A stretch of 64,000 nt of DNA from a virus (taxonomy: Duplodnaviria > Caudoviricetes). Positions 37,513 through 46,068 of this stretch are shown one piece after another. A program made the position numbers and the translations under genes. Each line of letters begins with the position of its first letter. Within the stretch, counting starts at the first letter, position 1. The stretch is taken from the IMG/VR virus record IMGVR_UViG_3300021399_000122, positions 32,001-96,000 of that record, one strand, 5' to 3'. The notes under the pieces are model-generated. The model saw nothing but the letters and a program-made list of their open reading frames with translations, made no database searches and was not told the origin of the DNA.

Positions 37513-38217
37513 CTAATCAATCCTCCTGATGTCGTAATATAAGATGCTGATGTTTCCGAAGTCTTCGTCGACGTGGTGGTGGCCAGCATACCAGTGACCA
37601 AAATCAACAGTGTGCTCGACGCCTTCCAAGAATAAGTTCAGGTCATTCAGATTCGTCCTTGACCCGTATATCTTGTAGGCGAGATCTGCTGGGATATCAT
37701 GCGTGATGATATAGTCAACCCTGTTATTAACAGCGGCCAGATTCTTATGTGCCTCTATGTACTCTGTCTGGGACGGCATCTCCTCGTCCCACCAACAAAT
37801 GCCCCTATCGTTTCTTTCAGTGTGTGTGAACTTACCCCGGTCAATCGATTCGGCACCACCCATTGTGAAGAATTTCTTGCCATCGATTGTGAACACTTGT
37901 CCTCTCATCAAATGCAGGATATGGGGGCGAAGCACGTGTACCCTGCCGCCATTCCACGCCTCAATCTTGAATCGGCTATACAGTGCGTTGAAGTTTTCGT
38001 GGTTGCCATCCACGAACAGCGTTGTCCACGGCTTGTTCTCGAGCCAGTTGAGCCAGTACTTCTCAGTCGAATCCTCTTGGTTTCGCCAGACCAATCCGAA
38101 GTCACCGCATATGATGACGTAATCATCTCGCGTCAGCTCTTTTCCTTCTGGAAAATTCTTCGTCGTCAACTTTTCGATGTCGTATGAGCCGTGAGTGTCA
38201 CCCGTAACATAAAACAT
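37513..38217 (-). CDS. Metallophosphoesterase
   Basis: TGDTHG, CGDFG, DGNHEN, ITH, GHHH motifs. Confidence 0.9.
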   Translation of the reverse strand: MFYVTGDTHGSYDIEKLTTKNFPEGKELTRDDYVIICGDFGLVWRNQEDSTEKYWLNWLENKPWTTLFVDGNHENFNALYSRFKIEAWNGGRVHVLRPHILHLMRGQVFTIDGKKFFTMGGAESIDRGKFTHTERNDRGICWWDEEMPSQTEYIEAHKNLAAVNNRVDYIITHDIPADLAYKIYGSRTNLNDLNLFLEGVEHTVDFGHWYAGHHHVDEDFGNISILYYDIRRID

Positions 38218-38349
38218 TTAATCACCTCTCTGTATGAGCTTGCGCAAGCCATTTCTAGAGGCGGTTTAAATCTTCGATCAAGTGTTCGTCTGTCACCAGA
38301 ATCGCTCACCACACCTCTGTACAAGCCATGCACAGGCTAATAATCGTTA

Positions 38350-38770
38350 ATCGGAATACCACTTCTACCATCAAGCTTTGGTTTGATAGCACAAGTGATA
38401 TTTCGATTCGTTTTCTCTGCCAAATCCAATAACTTTGGATTTCACGGAGGGAATTAACCAGCTTTCTAACGAAGAATTCATATCACAGCAGCTCTCCTCG
38501 TTTTGAAAAGTGGTAAATTGGTGGTACTTTTGGCTACGCGATTCGATCTAAATCTAGGTTTTATCGGTTCTTTTAGAATTTGTTAGCTACTCCAAGCATC
38601 AAGTGCCAACCTCTTTATGAATTGTCACGAATCGTCACATTTCGCTGCTTTTGTCATGTTCGCCGTTACATATCGTCACATTTCGTCACGTATTGTCGCG
38701 GTCAAAAGTGGTAGAAATTGTGGTAGCCGGTTATAAATCTTGGGGTAAATATGAGGTTGTGGTAAATTCA
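38350..38770. mobile_element. Probable attP region
   Basis: Non-coding, directly downstream of the integrase; GTGGTA-type repeats near 38510, 38521, 38708, 38719 and 38759 with an inverted pair at 38357-38372; 10-bp phased repeats at 38621-38701. Confidence 0.65.
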
Positions 38771-40030
38771 AACGATTTTACCATCAAGGTTAGCGAAACT
38801 CTTCTGTTTCTGCCCAGCCGTAGCCTCGTTATATACATTCATGGTTGTCGTGATTGATGCGTGCCCCATCACATCCTGAATCACTTTAAGGTTTGTTTCG
38901 TTCTCACAGAGCCTTGTGCAGAAGGTGTGCCTAAGAACATGCACCGAGAATTTTGGTAGCAACAACGGCTGTCTGTTCTCAGTCTCTGACCGCCTCATCT
39001 CCTCATCGTTGTAATCTCTTTGAATCGCATACAATGCGGCGTTAACCGTACCGGGGATTGGCAACGACCCTTTCTTGGTTCGCCAGATGAATCCGGTCAA
39101 GCCTTCGATCTCAATCTCCTTGGAGATATATCTGGTCTGTTTTTCTCTTTCTTCTAGCAACAGGTCTCGGATACTGCTAAGCATTGGGATCGACCTGACA
39201 CCGCTTGCTGTCTTTGGCGTGCTTATGCTGAACCCGTAGTTGTCTGTTCCGTCCGTCTTGTAATAGATCATCGACCTCCTTATATATATAAGGTTATTGT
39301 CGAAGTCACAGTCGCTCCAAGTTAAGCCGAGTGCTTCTCCCACCCGGCACCCAGTGCCAAGCATAAACTTGAACAGAGGGTACCAATGGGAATATCTCTC
39401 GTGTTCAGCAATGTACCCGAGGAACGCTTTCTGCTCCTCGATCGTAAGGCAATGCTTGCTTTTTGGAATGTATTTAATCTCACGTTTTAACTCTGCCAGC
39501 ACACCATCACACGGGTCATACCTGAGCCCACGATTATTGATTGCGTTCTTGACTATCAGCTTCAACGTTTGATCAACTTTGGCAACTGTCTCAATAGAGT
39601 TCCCGTCGTCTAGCAGCCTTACATAGAATTTCTTAATGTCATTGCGCTTCAGTTTTGAAATCTTTTGTCGACCAATATACGGGCCGATCTTTGTGGTGTA
39701 CGTATATTCGTATTGGTCTTTGCTTTTGCGGTTAAGTGACATTTTTGTCTCCATGAGTGTCACTATGCCGTCGTTAAGCGTTTGTGTCTCTGCGACATGC
39801 GTATCCAACCCGCTATAATCTTCGTTGGCGATACGCGCCTCAGCATCTCTAAGCGCCTCGCAGTCACGCTTGCCTGCTGGCACTTTGTCGGTTCGAACGA
39901 GCTTCCAGCTATATATGCTGTGCCTGACCCCGTTGCCGTCCTTGTAACGGTATTCATACTGGCCGTTGCTACGTTGCCGCTCATTCGGTTGTAGTAATCT
40001 GCCCTTCTTGTCCTTTCTTTTCTCAGACAT
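38768..40030 (-). CDS. int: Tyrosine integrase, Tn916-like
   Basis: N-terminal KRKDKKGR.L..NE.QR..G.YEYRY arm-binding domain; GCRVGE, PKT, HVLRHTF, MGH, VY catalytic set. Confidence 0.93.
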   Translation of the reverse strand: MSEKRKDKKGRLLQPNERQRSNGQYEYRYKDGNGVRHSIYSWKLVRTDKVPAGKRDCEALRDAEARIANEDYSGLDTHVAETQTLNDGIVTLMETKMSLNRKSKDQYEYTYTTKIGPYIGRQKISKLKRNDIKKFYVRLLDDGNSIETVAKVDQTLKLIVKNAINNRGLRYDPCDGVLAELKREIKYIPKSKHCLTIEEQKAFLGYIAEHERYSHWYPLFKFMLGTGCRVGEALGLTWSDCDFDNNLIYIRRSMIYYKTDGTDNYGFSISTPKTASGVRSIPMLSSIRDLLLEEREKQTRYISKEIEIEGLTGFIWRTKKGSLPIPGTVNAALYAIQRDYNDEEMRRSETENRQPLLLPKFSVHVLRHTFCTRLCENETNLKVIQDVMGHASITTTMNVYNEATAGQKQKSFANLDGKIV

Positions 40031-40108
40031 TACTCTCTCCTTTCTTAGAAGAGCCGCCGTGATATGTATAGGACATTCTAGTATTTTTGCCTACGGTCGG
40101 CAATACGC

Positions 40109-40441
40109 TCATAAATTTGCTTCCTTCGAAAATGTTTCGCTCATCTTTTTTACTGCTCGGAAGCAATAACCGTCAGCGGGTGTATATTCACGCCAGACAT
40201 CACAGTACCCAGAACGATCGCGATGATTGACGCAGTGCTTACACTCAGTCACTGATTTGTCTTTTGGAATAATTCCTGTGATTGGTTCCTTGACATACGG
40301 AGTTGTACCGTTTGCGGTCATAACTATCACCGCCGGGTCTCGGTAACCACACAAACACGACCATGTCGTACCGCTGGTGCCGGTTGATACCTCCGGGATC
40401 ATATAACTACCACACAACGGACATTTCCTATAGTATTCCAT
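40109..40441 (-). CDS. Zinc-ribbon hypothetical protein
   Basis: CPLCG...CLCG and CKHC...C...YC. Confidence 0.65.
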   Translation of the reverse strand: MEYYRKCPLCGSYMIPEVSTGTSGTTWSCLCGYRDPAVIVMTANGTTPYVKEPITGIIPKDKSVTECKHCVNHRDRSGYCDVWREYTPADGYCFRAVKKMSETFSKEANL

Positions 40442-40643
40442 TGCTTCTTTGCCCCTCCAGTTCTCTTAAGCCTTCTTCTTGTTTCTTGATAATCACATCC
40501 AATTTACCGTTGATCCAATTGATGGCCGACTGGTAACCGTCGTGATATCCATCTGCGTAATCATTCTTGTGAGGATCGGTAGACTTGCTAATTATGCACC
40601 AGACAGCGGCTCCAACCCACATCCCAATGTAAAATTCAACCAT
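40428..40643 (-). CDS. Small membrane-anchored hypothetical protein
   Basis: N-terminal TM; Y..GY.DG motif. Confidence 0.6.
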   Translation of the reverse strand: MVEFYIGMWVGAAVWCIISKSTDPHKNDYADGYHDGYQSAINWINGKLDVIIKKQEEGLRELEGQRSNGIL

Positions 40644-40956
40644 TCACGCTCTCCCACTCAATCATTGTCTGTCTGGCAAAGTCATGCGCGTCGCCCTCGT
40701 CAAATCCACGTCCAGACATCTTCTGTAGGTACCGCCTATATTCATGGGCAATCGTGTACGGAATGTTGTACTCAGGATTAGGTATGTCGCGTGCTACATA
40801 GATCACTCCCTCCGCCTCGCTGTATGCGCCGAACCCGATTTCATTCTCAACTTGGACATGCTTCAGCCCCTCTAAGATGAATACTGGCGGGAACGGTGCT
40901 TGGCCAGTGTGCTTTCCCTCTAGCCATTCAATGAACCTGTCCGTCATCTGGCTCAT
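40636..40956 (-). CDS. Hypothetical protein with degenerate zincin-like motif
   Basis: GFGAY...IYVA...TIAHEYRRY...E..A..FA; second His of HExxH absent. Confidence 0.6.
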   Translation of the reverse strand: MSQMTDRFIEWLEGKHTGQAPFPPVFILEGLKHVQVENEIGFGAYSEAEGVIYVARDIPNPEYNIPYTIAHEYRRYLQKMSGRGFDEGDAHDFARQTMIEWESVNG

Positions 40957-41141
40957 TCGTTGTCCTCACTCTCTTCCCGATATTCGGTATATATATTGAT
41001 CAGGCAATGCATTGCGTACAGGGTGATCGCGTAGCCCACCACAGATAGCTCATTGGACTTGATTGCAATTAGTGAAGCCACCCACACACAAAGTATGAGA
41101 ATCGCTTTAAATAAATAGAATGCTCCGTTCATCGCCCCTCC

Positions 41142-41342
41142 TCAGTATGCATCGCACACGATCTGGACATGGGAACCATCCTTCCCCACCTCGTATATAT
41201 CACCGTCGAGGTGAACCTCTAGTTCTGTGAGGTTGTCTCTGACCGCATCGACAAGGTTCTGGAAGTCAGCCTCGATCTTGATATGGACTTCCTGATTTGC
41301 ATCGAAATCAGCAAGATTCTGAATTAATTCGTAAACTGTCAT
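41142..41342 (-). CDS. Hypothetical protein (MTVYELIQNL..FD type)
   Basis: Common phage small-protein N-terminus. Confidence 0.65.
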   Translation of the reverse strand: MTVYELIQNLADFDANQEVHIKIEADFQNLVDAVRDNLTELEVHLDGDIYEVGKDGSHVQIVCDAY

Positions 41343-41366
41343 CTGGTTTTCCCTTTTAATCTTGAT

Positions 41367-41386
41367 AATAAAATCGTAGTTTTATT
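41367..41386. promoter_or_regulatory. Perfect inverted repeat AATAAAA-N6-TTTTATT
   Basis: Overlaps the stop of 41382..41627; related copies at 15869, 32426 and 34475. Confidence 0.5.
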
Positions 41387-41627
41387 CAGCCCTTTTCTCT
41401 GCCATGAAGCAGTATCCGTCTTCTTTTGTTCTCCGGTCTCCCCACTTCGAACAGACGTTAGTGACTATGAACTGGGTGCTGCTGTCAATGTGCACACAAA
41501 TGCTTTCAATGAAATACTTACAATCCCTACATCGTATTAGCTCTATCACCGGTTCCCCGAAGCATGTCATTTTTGATTTGTCCAGTTCAATAACCGCCAT
41601 CGGTGCCTGTATGATGTATTCGTTCAT
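41382..41627 (-). CDS. Cys-rich hypothetical protein
   Basis: ELIRCRDCKY...C...GYC..AE. Confidence 0.7.
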   Translation of the reverse strand: MNEYIIQAPMAVIELDKSKMTCFGEPVIELIRCRDCKYFIESICVHIDSSTQFIVTNVCSKWGDRRTKEDGYCFMAEKRAE

Positions 41628-41705
41628 TCTTCTTTCCCTTTTATCTGTCCAGTTTCATATAAATTAGAGTCAGGAGAATAATGATTGCCCATCCTTGTAT
41701 ATATG

Positions 41706-41948
41706 TCATTCCTCTTTTTCCTCAATGAACATCTCGCATTCGCCAATAACGCCACGCTCTACGTCGCCGTGAATTTCGCACATCATCATGTATGGCCCGC
41801 TCGAATAATCCCACCATACATCTGTACAATGGTCGCAGAACACACATGCTTTATGCGGGCATTTGTATGTGCGACGGCCAGTAAAAGGGTCGTCGATTAC
41901 GTAAGGTCTATTCCATGTCGACTTGTCTACTTGTGCTTTCTCAATCAT
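41706..41948 (-). CDS. Cys-rich hypothetical protein
   Basis: CVFCDHCTDVWWDYSSGPY...C. Confidence 0.7.
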   Translation of the reverse strand: MIEKAQVDKSTWNRPYVIDDPFTGRRTYKCPHKACVFCDHCTDVWWDYSSGPYMMMCEIHGDVERGVIGECEMFIEEKEE

Positions 41949-42387
41949 TAATCACTCGGCCATCTTCCATCTTCCAAACATTCTTTTCCCTATAAGCCCT
42001 CGGCATCGGCATCCATGCGATTGCCTTTTCGTAGATCAGTCGACTAACCTCCGTCGCAGAGCCGTTCTTTACTTCACATTCGAGTACGCCCCAATCTTCT
42101 TCCATAACCTCGTAATCATTGTCAGACCATTTAACCGTGACCAGAATATGCTCACCAGTGTCAGGCCTCTTCTCGGATAATGGAATCCATCTGCCCGTAT
42201 TTGCCTCTGTTCTCTGATGAGTTTGAAGGCTCTCCCCAAGTAATATAAGTGCAGCTAATATCCACTGTGGTGCCAGTACCCATATCCACGACCACTCAAT
42301 CGCATGCGTTAATTTCAAGTAGATAAACAATAATGTAAGCATGTCGAATCCATCGAGTCCGAAATCATATTTATTTCTGTGTTCCAT
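41941..42387 (-). CDS. Hypothetical protein: TM N-terminus plus DUF551-like domain
   Basis: LKLT..I.WSW.WVLAP.W fused to RWIP.SE..P...LVT...IAWMPMP. Confidence 0.7.
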   Translation of the reverse strand: MEHRNKYDFGLDGFDMLTLLFIYLKLTHAIEWSWIWVLAPQWILAALILLGESLQTHQRTEANTGRWIPLSEKRPDTGEHILVTVKWSDNDYEVMEEDWGVLECEVKNGSATEVSRLIYEKAIAWMPMPRAYREKNVWKMEDGRVIND

Positions 42388-42393
42388 ATTTAA

Positions 42394-42636
42394 TTACCTA
42401 GCTACGCACTCCCCGTCTCGTTTACATCCGCCGCCGTATACATAATCCTCGCAGCCCTCACAGGGACTAATGTTCGTTTTCGGAGCCTGTCTTGTTTCTG
42501 CCCAGTCTGCCAAGAGAACCTCCAGTGACTCAGCGTGGCTATCTGCGCCGGCTTTCCTCGCCAAATTGATCAAGTCTCTGATGAACGAAACAGGCACTGC
42601 GTCGACTGTGGGCTGCGCATCAATCAGCCTTGTCAT
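42394..42636 (-). CDS. LIDAD-family hypothetical protein
   Basis: MTRLIDAQPTVDAVPV. Confidence 0.7.
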   Translation of the reverse strand: MTRLIDAQPTVDAVPVSFIRDLINLARKAGADSHAESLEVLLADWAETRQAPKTNISPCEGCEDYVYGGGCKRDGECVAR

Positions 42637-42899
42637 TTTGCTTCTACTCCTCTAGAACAGAAATCGTTCTCGTCAATACAGTAATCTTGTGTCAAAGTGC
42701 AGAATTCAGTGCCGGGGATGATGACGCCATATGCCGTATCGTAATCGCAGTATTTGCAGTGTTTGCACCTGACCACAGGGACTGCGTCCACTTTTGGCTC
42801 TGCCTTAATCACTCCCGTTACTCCATATTGCTCGATGAATTCATACAGCGGATCATCCCGCAAGTGTTCAATCAGCGCGTCTGCATCAATCAACCTCAT
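42633..42899 (-). CDS. LIDAD-family hypothetical protein
   Basis: MRLIDADAL...PKVDAVPVVRCKHC...DFCSRG. Confidence 0.75.
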   Translation of the reverse strand: MRLIDADALIEHLRDDPLYEFIEQYGVTGVIKAEPKVDAVPVVRCKHCKYCDYDTAYGVIIPGTEFCTLTQDYCIDENDFCSRGVEAK

Positions 42900-43161
42900 G
42901 ATCGTCTCCGTCCATTATTGCTCCACACCACGGGCACCGGACGTGATCGATGTTGTCTGTGCAGCCATCGCATTTCGAGCACATCCAGCCATAACCCCAC
43001 CATATCCACTCGCCATGCACGACCGGCTCTGCATCAATTGTTGGTGCTTTGTCTATCTCTTCAAATACTGCTTTTTCAGATTCAAGCAAAAACTCTTCGC
43101 TTGCGATTCCGAGCTTTTTGATAATTGACTTTTCCAGCTCGTCTGCATCAATCAGTCTCAT
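42886..43161 (-). CDS. LIDAD-family zinc-ribbon protein
   Basis: MRLIDADEL...APTIDAEPVVHGEW...CSKC...CPWCGA. Confidence 0.75.
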   Translation of the reverse strand: MRLIDADELEKSIIKKLGIASEEFLLESEKAVFEEIDKAPTIDAEPVVHGEWIWWGYGWMCSKCDGCTDNIDHVRCPWCGAIMDGDDHEVD

Positions 43162-43167
43162 TGCAAC

Positions 43168-43428
43168 TCACTTTCTGCATTGATCAAGAACAGACCTTAC
43201 ACCGATCGCCTGATCGTTCGCACAAATCCACGCATCTGAATACGGGCGCTTTGTGTCGCGGTAGCTAACTGCCGCCACATAAAGGTCTTCGACGTCTTTT
43301 GCGCAGATCGCCTCAATCGCCGGCGTCGCATTAATCAGATCAATAATGCCGTCGGCGCTAAGTGTGTCGTGTGAGAATGCCCAGTTTAGTTTTGCTTTGA
43401 GCTCATCTGCGTCAATCAATTTGGTCAC
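43168..43428 (-). CDS. LIDAD-family hypothetical protein
   Basis: GTG start after SD GGAGG; KLIDADEL...ATPAIEA. Confidence 0.7.
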   Translation of the reverse strand: MTKLIDADELKAKLNWAFSHDTLSADGIIDLINATPAIEAICAKDVEDLYVAAVSYRDTKRPYSDAWICANDQAIGVRSVLDQCRK

Positions 43429-43681
43429 AGTGTTTCCTCCATTCATCGATAATGTCGTAGTAACCACTTTGTATATGTTTAATGCATTCGATATCCGACG
43501 GGGACTCAGCGCACTCGAGTGTTTTATCCCACGACTTTGCCTGTTCGATGAGCCATTCAATGGGGATTGCATCGACCGTAGGCGCTTCATATATATCGCG
43601 GTACGGGACTACCCACACGATTCTATCCCCTATCACGGCTTCCGTTGGAAGAAGCCCACTATCGTCAATTAGTCTTACCAT
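43412..43681 (-). CDS. LIDAD-family hypothetical protein
   Basis: MVRLIDD...APTVDAIPIEW. Confidence 0.7.
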   Translation of the reverse strand: MVRLIDDSGLLPTEAVIGDRIVWVVPYRDIYEAPTVDAIPIEWLIEQAKSWDKTLECAESPSDIECIKHIQSGYYDIIDEWRKHCDQID

Positions 43682-43715
43682 TCGGTTTTCCCTCTCAAAA
43701 CTGTTCGTTAAGGCA

Positions 43716-44012
43716 TCAAATCGGAGTAATCAGCTCTGTGGAGAGGCACGCTTTGAGTTCAGAAGCCACCTCAGCTAGACACGCCTGCACGGTCTGTACA
43801 GCTTCTACCAATTCCATATCGCCCTGCAGGCTATCCTTTACGCGATATCTGATGTACTGCTTCAGCGCCTTTTCAAGTGTTGAGTGGTACGTGATATTCT
43901 TGTAGGAGTCGACAAGCTCCCCCTTTTTGTCGGGTCGCTTGCCGGCATACTGCATCAGATTGTATGAAGCCTCGTCGACGTCGATATACCAGTCATCTTT
44001 GATGTGGATCAT
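43716..44012 (-). CDS. Hypothetical protein
   Basis: ATGA coupling; TYHSTLEKAL motif. Confidence 0.7.
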   Translation of the reverse strand: MIHIKDDWYIDVDEASYNLMQYAGKRPDKKGELVDSYKNITYHSTLEKALKQYIRYRVKDSLQGDMELVEAVQTVQACLAEVASELKACLSTELITPI

Positions 44013-44200
44013 TTTTCGTCTGCTTCTTTCAACAGCCAGAGTTTGACCCCAAGCGAACAGGCGAAGTCAGGGCACGCCTCTGCTTCATACCGATACGCAC
44101 AATTCAGGCATGTGTTTGTTTCGGTGGAGTCTTTGATGAGGTCTGCCATTTTGTCTACCGTCATGTTTTCAAGCATGACATCATAATTTGTCTTTGCCAT
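44009..44200 (-). CDS. Hypothetical Cys-containing protein
   Basis: SD AAGGAG; TNYD.L..M...CLNC...C...WL. Confidence 0.7.
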   Translation of the reverse strand: MAKTNYDVMLENMTVDKMADLIKDSTETNTCLNCAYRYEAEACPDFACSLGVKLWLLKEADEK

Positions 44201-44210
44201 TTCTTTCTCC

Positions 44211-44414
44211 TTATATAGCGTTGATACCATCAAGATATTTTTCGAGAGCTTTTCGTTTGATTAATGGGCGGGTGCCGTTCCAGAGAATGAAGTCTGCGTC
44301 TTTGTTCTCACACACAATCTTTCTCAGTTTGTTTTCCCCGATCCCGAAGTATTGTGAGGCGACGGTGACACTGAATGCGTACCGCTCATTGACTGGAACA
44401 TCGTTCAGCGTCAT
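44211..44414 (-). CDS. xis: Excisionase, Tn916 Xis-like
   Basis: VPVNERY..SV..ASQYFGIGENKLR...FILWNG.R.LIKR..LEKYL. Confidence 0.85.
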   Translation of the reverse strand: MTLNDVPVNERYAFSVTVASQYFGIGENKLRKIVCENKDADFILWNGTRPLIKRKALEKYLDGINAI

Positions 44415-44583
44415 CTTTCTGTTCCTCTTCGTCGTCACATTTTATGTAATAAGTGATCTCTGCGCCGCAATTGGCACAGTGGCATTCGTGAATAATTCCC
44501 TTGCCGGGAATACCATAATCTTCAAAGTCAAAGTCGGCATCCCAGACAACGCTCCTGCTCAAACAGTGGAAACATTCGTACAT
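44386..44583 (-). CDS. Zinc-ribbon hypothetical protein
   Basis: CFHC...W.ADFD...CANCGA. Confidence 0.7.
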   Translation of the reverse strand: MYECFHCLSRSVVWDADFDFEDYGIPGKGIIHECHCANCGAEITYYIKCDDEEEQKDDAERCSSQ

Positions 44584-44777
44584 CAGTCACCGTGCCCCGA
44601 TCTGGTGCCGCTGATCAGCCAGAGCACCAGCCACACAGCGAGGCTGAGTCTCCATGACCAGATATCAAGTGACAGCAATGCGCATATCAGATAAAGGATT
44701 CCCGCCGTCAGAGCGAAGCTAACCGCGCAAGCTGCGATATAAATGAGCAAGATCGTGAATATAGAGCCTTTTCCCAT
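44583..44777 (-). CDS. Small membrane protein
   Basis: Hydrophobic; SD GAGGAGG. Confidence 0.65.
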   Translation of the reverse strand: MGKGSIFTILLIYIAACAVSFALTAGILYLICALLSLDIWSWRLSLAVWLVLWLISGTRSGHGD

Positions 44778-44862
44778 TACATTCCTCCTCTGCTTTCAAG
44801 GTAGATTTCGTACACAATGATGATGGTGGCAATCGCCAACACCCAGTACACAGCACTCGTCA

Positions 44863-45309
44863 TCAGAGTTTACCCGTACTGCCGAACCCGCCTGTCCCAC
44901 GGTCGGTGTCGTTAAGTGAATCAACCCGTTCAAAGTTAATTGGGAGATAGGGAATTACGACGAGCTGGGCGATCCGTTCGTGTTTTTCAATTGACATCAT
45001 CTCATCGGTATCGTTGTGAAGGGCAACGATGACCTCACCTCTGTAGTCGGAGTCCACTACACCAACACAGTTCGCAGGGCGAAGCCCTCTTTTGACCGCA
45101 ATTCCAGACCTTGCGAAGATCGCGCCAAATGTTCCATTTGGAATGGCAACGCTGATGCCTGTGCCGACCTTAACTGTAGAGTGAGGGGCTATATCGTAAG
45201 CCTCGTCTGAGTATAAGTCGTGCCCTGCCGCCTCTTTTGATCCTTTGGTCGGCGTGACTGCCCCTTGGGTTTTGGTGAAGGGGACTCTGTAGACTTTTTC
45301 TTCGGACAT
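44863..45309 (-). CDS. dut: Trimeric dUTPase
   Basis: AGHDL, ARSG, GVVDSDYRGE, RIAQL, RGTGGFGSTG. Confidence 0.95.
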   Translation of the reverse strand: MSEEKVYRVPFTKTQGAVTPTKGSKEAAGHDLYSDEAYDIAPHSTVKVGTGISVAIPNGTFGAIFARSGIAVKRGLRPANCVGVVDSDYRGEVIVALHNDTDEMMSIEKHERIAQLVVIPYLPINFERVDSLNDTDRGTGGFGSTGKL

Positions 45310-45468
45310 TTTTGCTCCTTTTTGTTTTCTTTTTTACCAACATTTTTCTTTGGATACGTGCACTTGATCGTTGTTGTGTCCTCAGCTTTTTTAAAAAGGC
45401 AAGGGGTGTCGTTTTCGGTCTGATCCCATGTCAACAGGCACATGCCTTTAATGTGATACCCGCAAGTC

Positions 45469-46005
45469 TTACATACTGGTCTTGCCATACTCCAACGTCA
45501 CCACCTTACCTTCTGTTAATGTGCGCTTCACATCGATGATCCGCTGATTTTCCGAACCACGGAACGCAAGCGCGATATTCTTTTTTGAAATTACGAACCT
45601 TCCATCTACTAACACGTCGACGTATGACAACATTTCATCGGTTACTGCACAATGTTTGACCCCGGCTGGCGCGAGATCGTCATCGATTCTAAAACCCGTA
45701 TATGCCCACACGTCTTTATCCGGTAGTTCTGCCCTTACTCGTCGAAGCAATGTTACCAAGACGAGTTGATTTTCAGGTTCGAACGGTTCGCCGCCAAGCA
45801 ATGTCAATCCGCGAATGTGTGACGGCTTCAGAGCGTCTATAATTTCCTGCTCCGTTTCTTTTGTGTACTCTTTACCGAAGGTGAAGCTCCATGTCTCCGG
45901 TTGGAAGCACCCTTCACAATGATTCGTGCACCCAGACACGAACAGTGAGACTCTCACTCCGATTCCATCGGCAATATCATTTTTCTTAATCGCTCCGTAG
46001 TACAA
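45469..46005 (-). CDS. nrdG: Anaerobic ribonucleotide reductase activating enzyme
   Basis: G.GVRVSLFVSGCTNHCEGCF radical-SAM motif; LGGEP; DVLVDG.F; FRGSENQR. Confidence 0.93.
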   Translation of the reverse strand: MYYGAIKKNDIADGIGVRVSLFVSGCTNHCEGCFQPETWSFTFGKEYTKETEQEIIDALKPSHIRGLTLLGGEPFEPENQLVLVTLLRRVRAELPDKDVWAYTGFRIDDDLAPAGVKHCAVTDEMLSYVDVLVDGRFVISKKNIALAFRGSENQRIIDVKRTLTEGKVVTLEYGKTSM

Positions 46006-46068
46006 AGTTCTTCACCTCAGTTTGCGGCGGGAGGGGCGTGAGCCCCACCCCGTCCATCTATTTTCACA

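Noticed and set aside
38621-38701. CRISPR array or replication iterons
   Set aside because: Units are 10 bp, degenerate and spacer-less; position next to int fits att accessory sites.
41345-41645. TAAAAGGGAAA segments before ATGs as extra boundary elements
   Set aside because: Right arm TTTA is absent; adequately explained as ribosome-binding sites.
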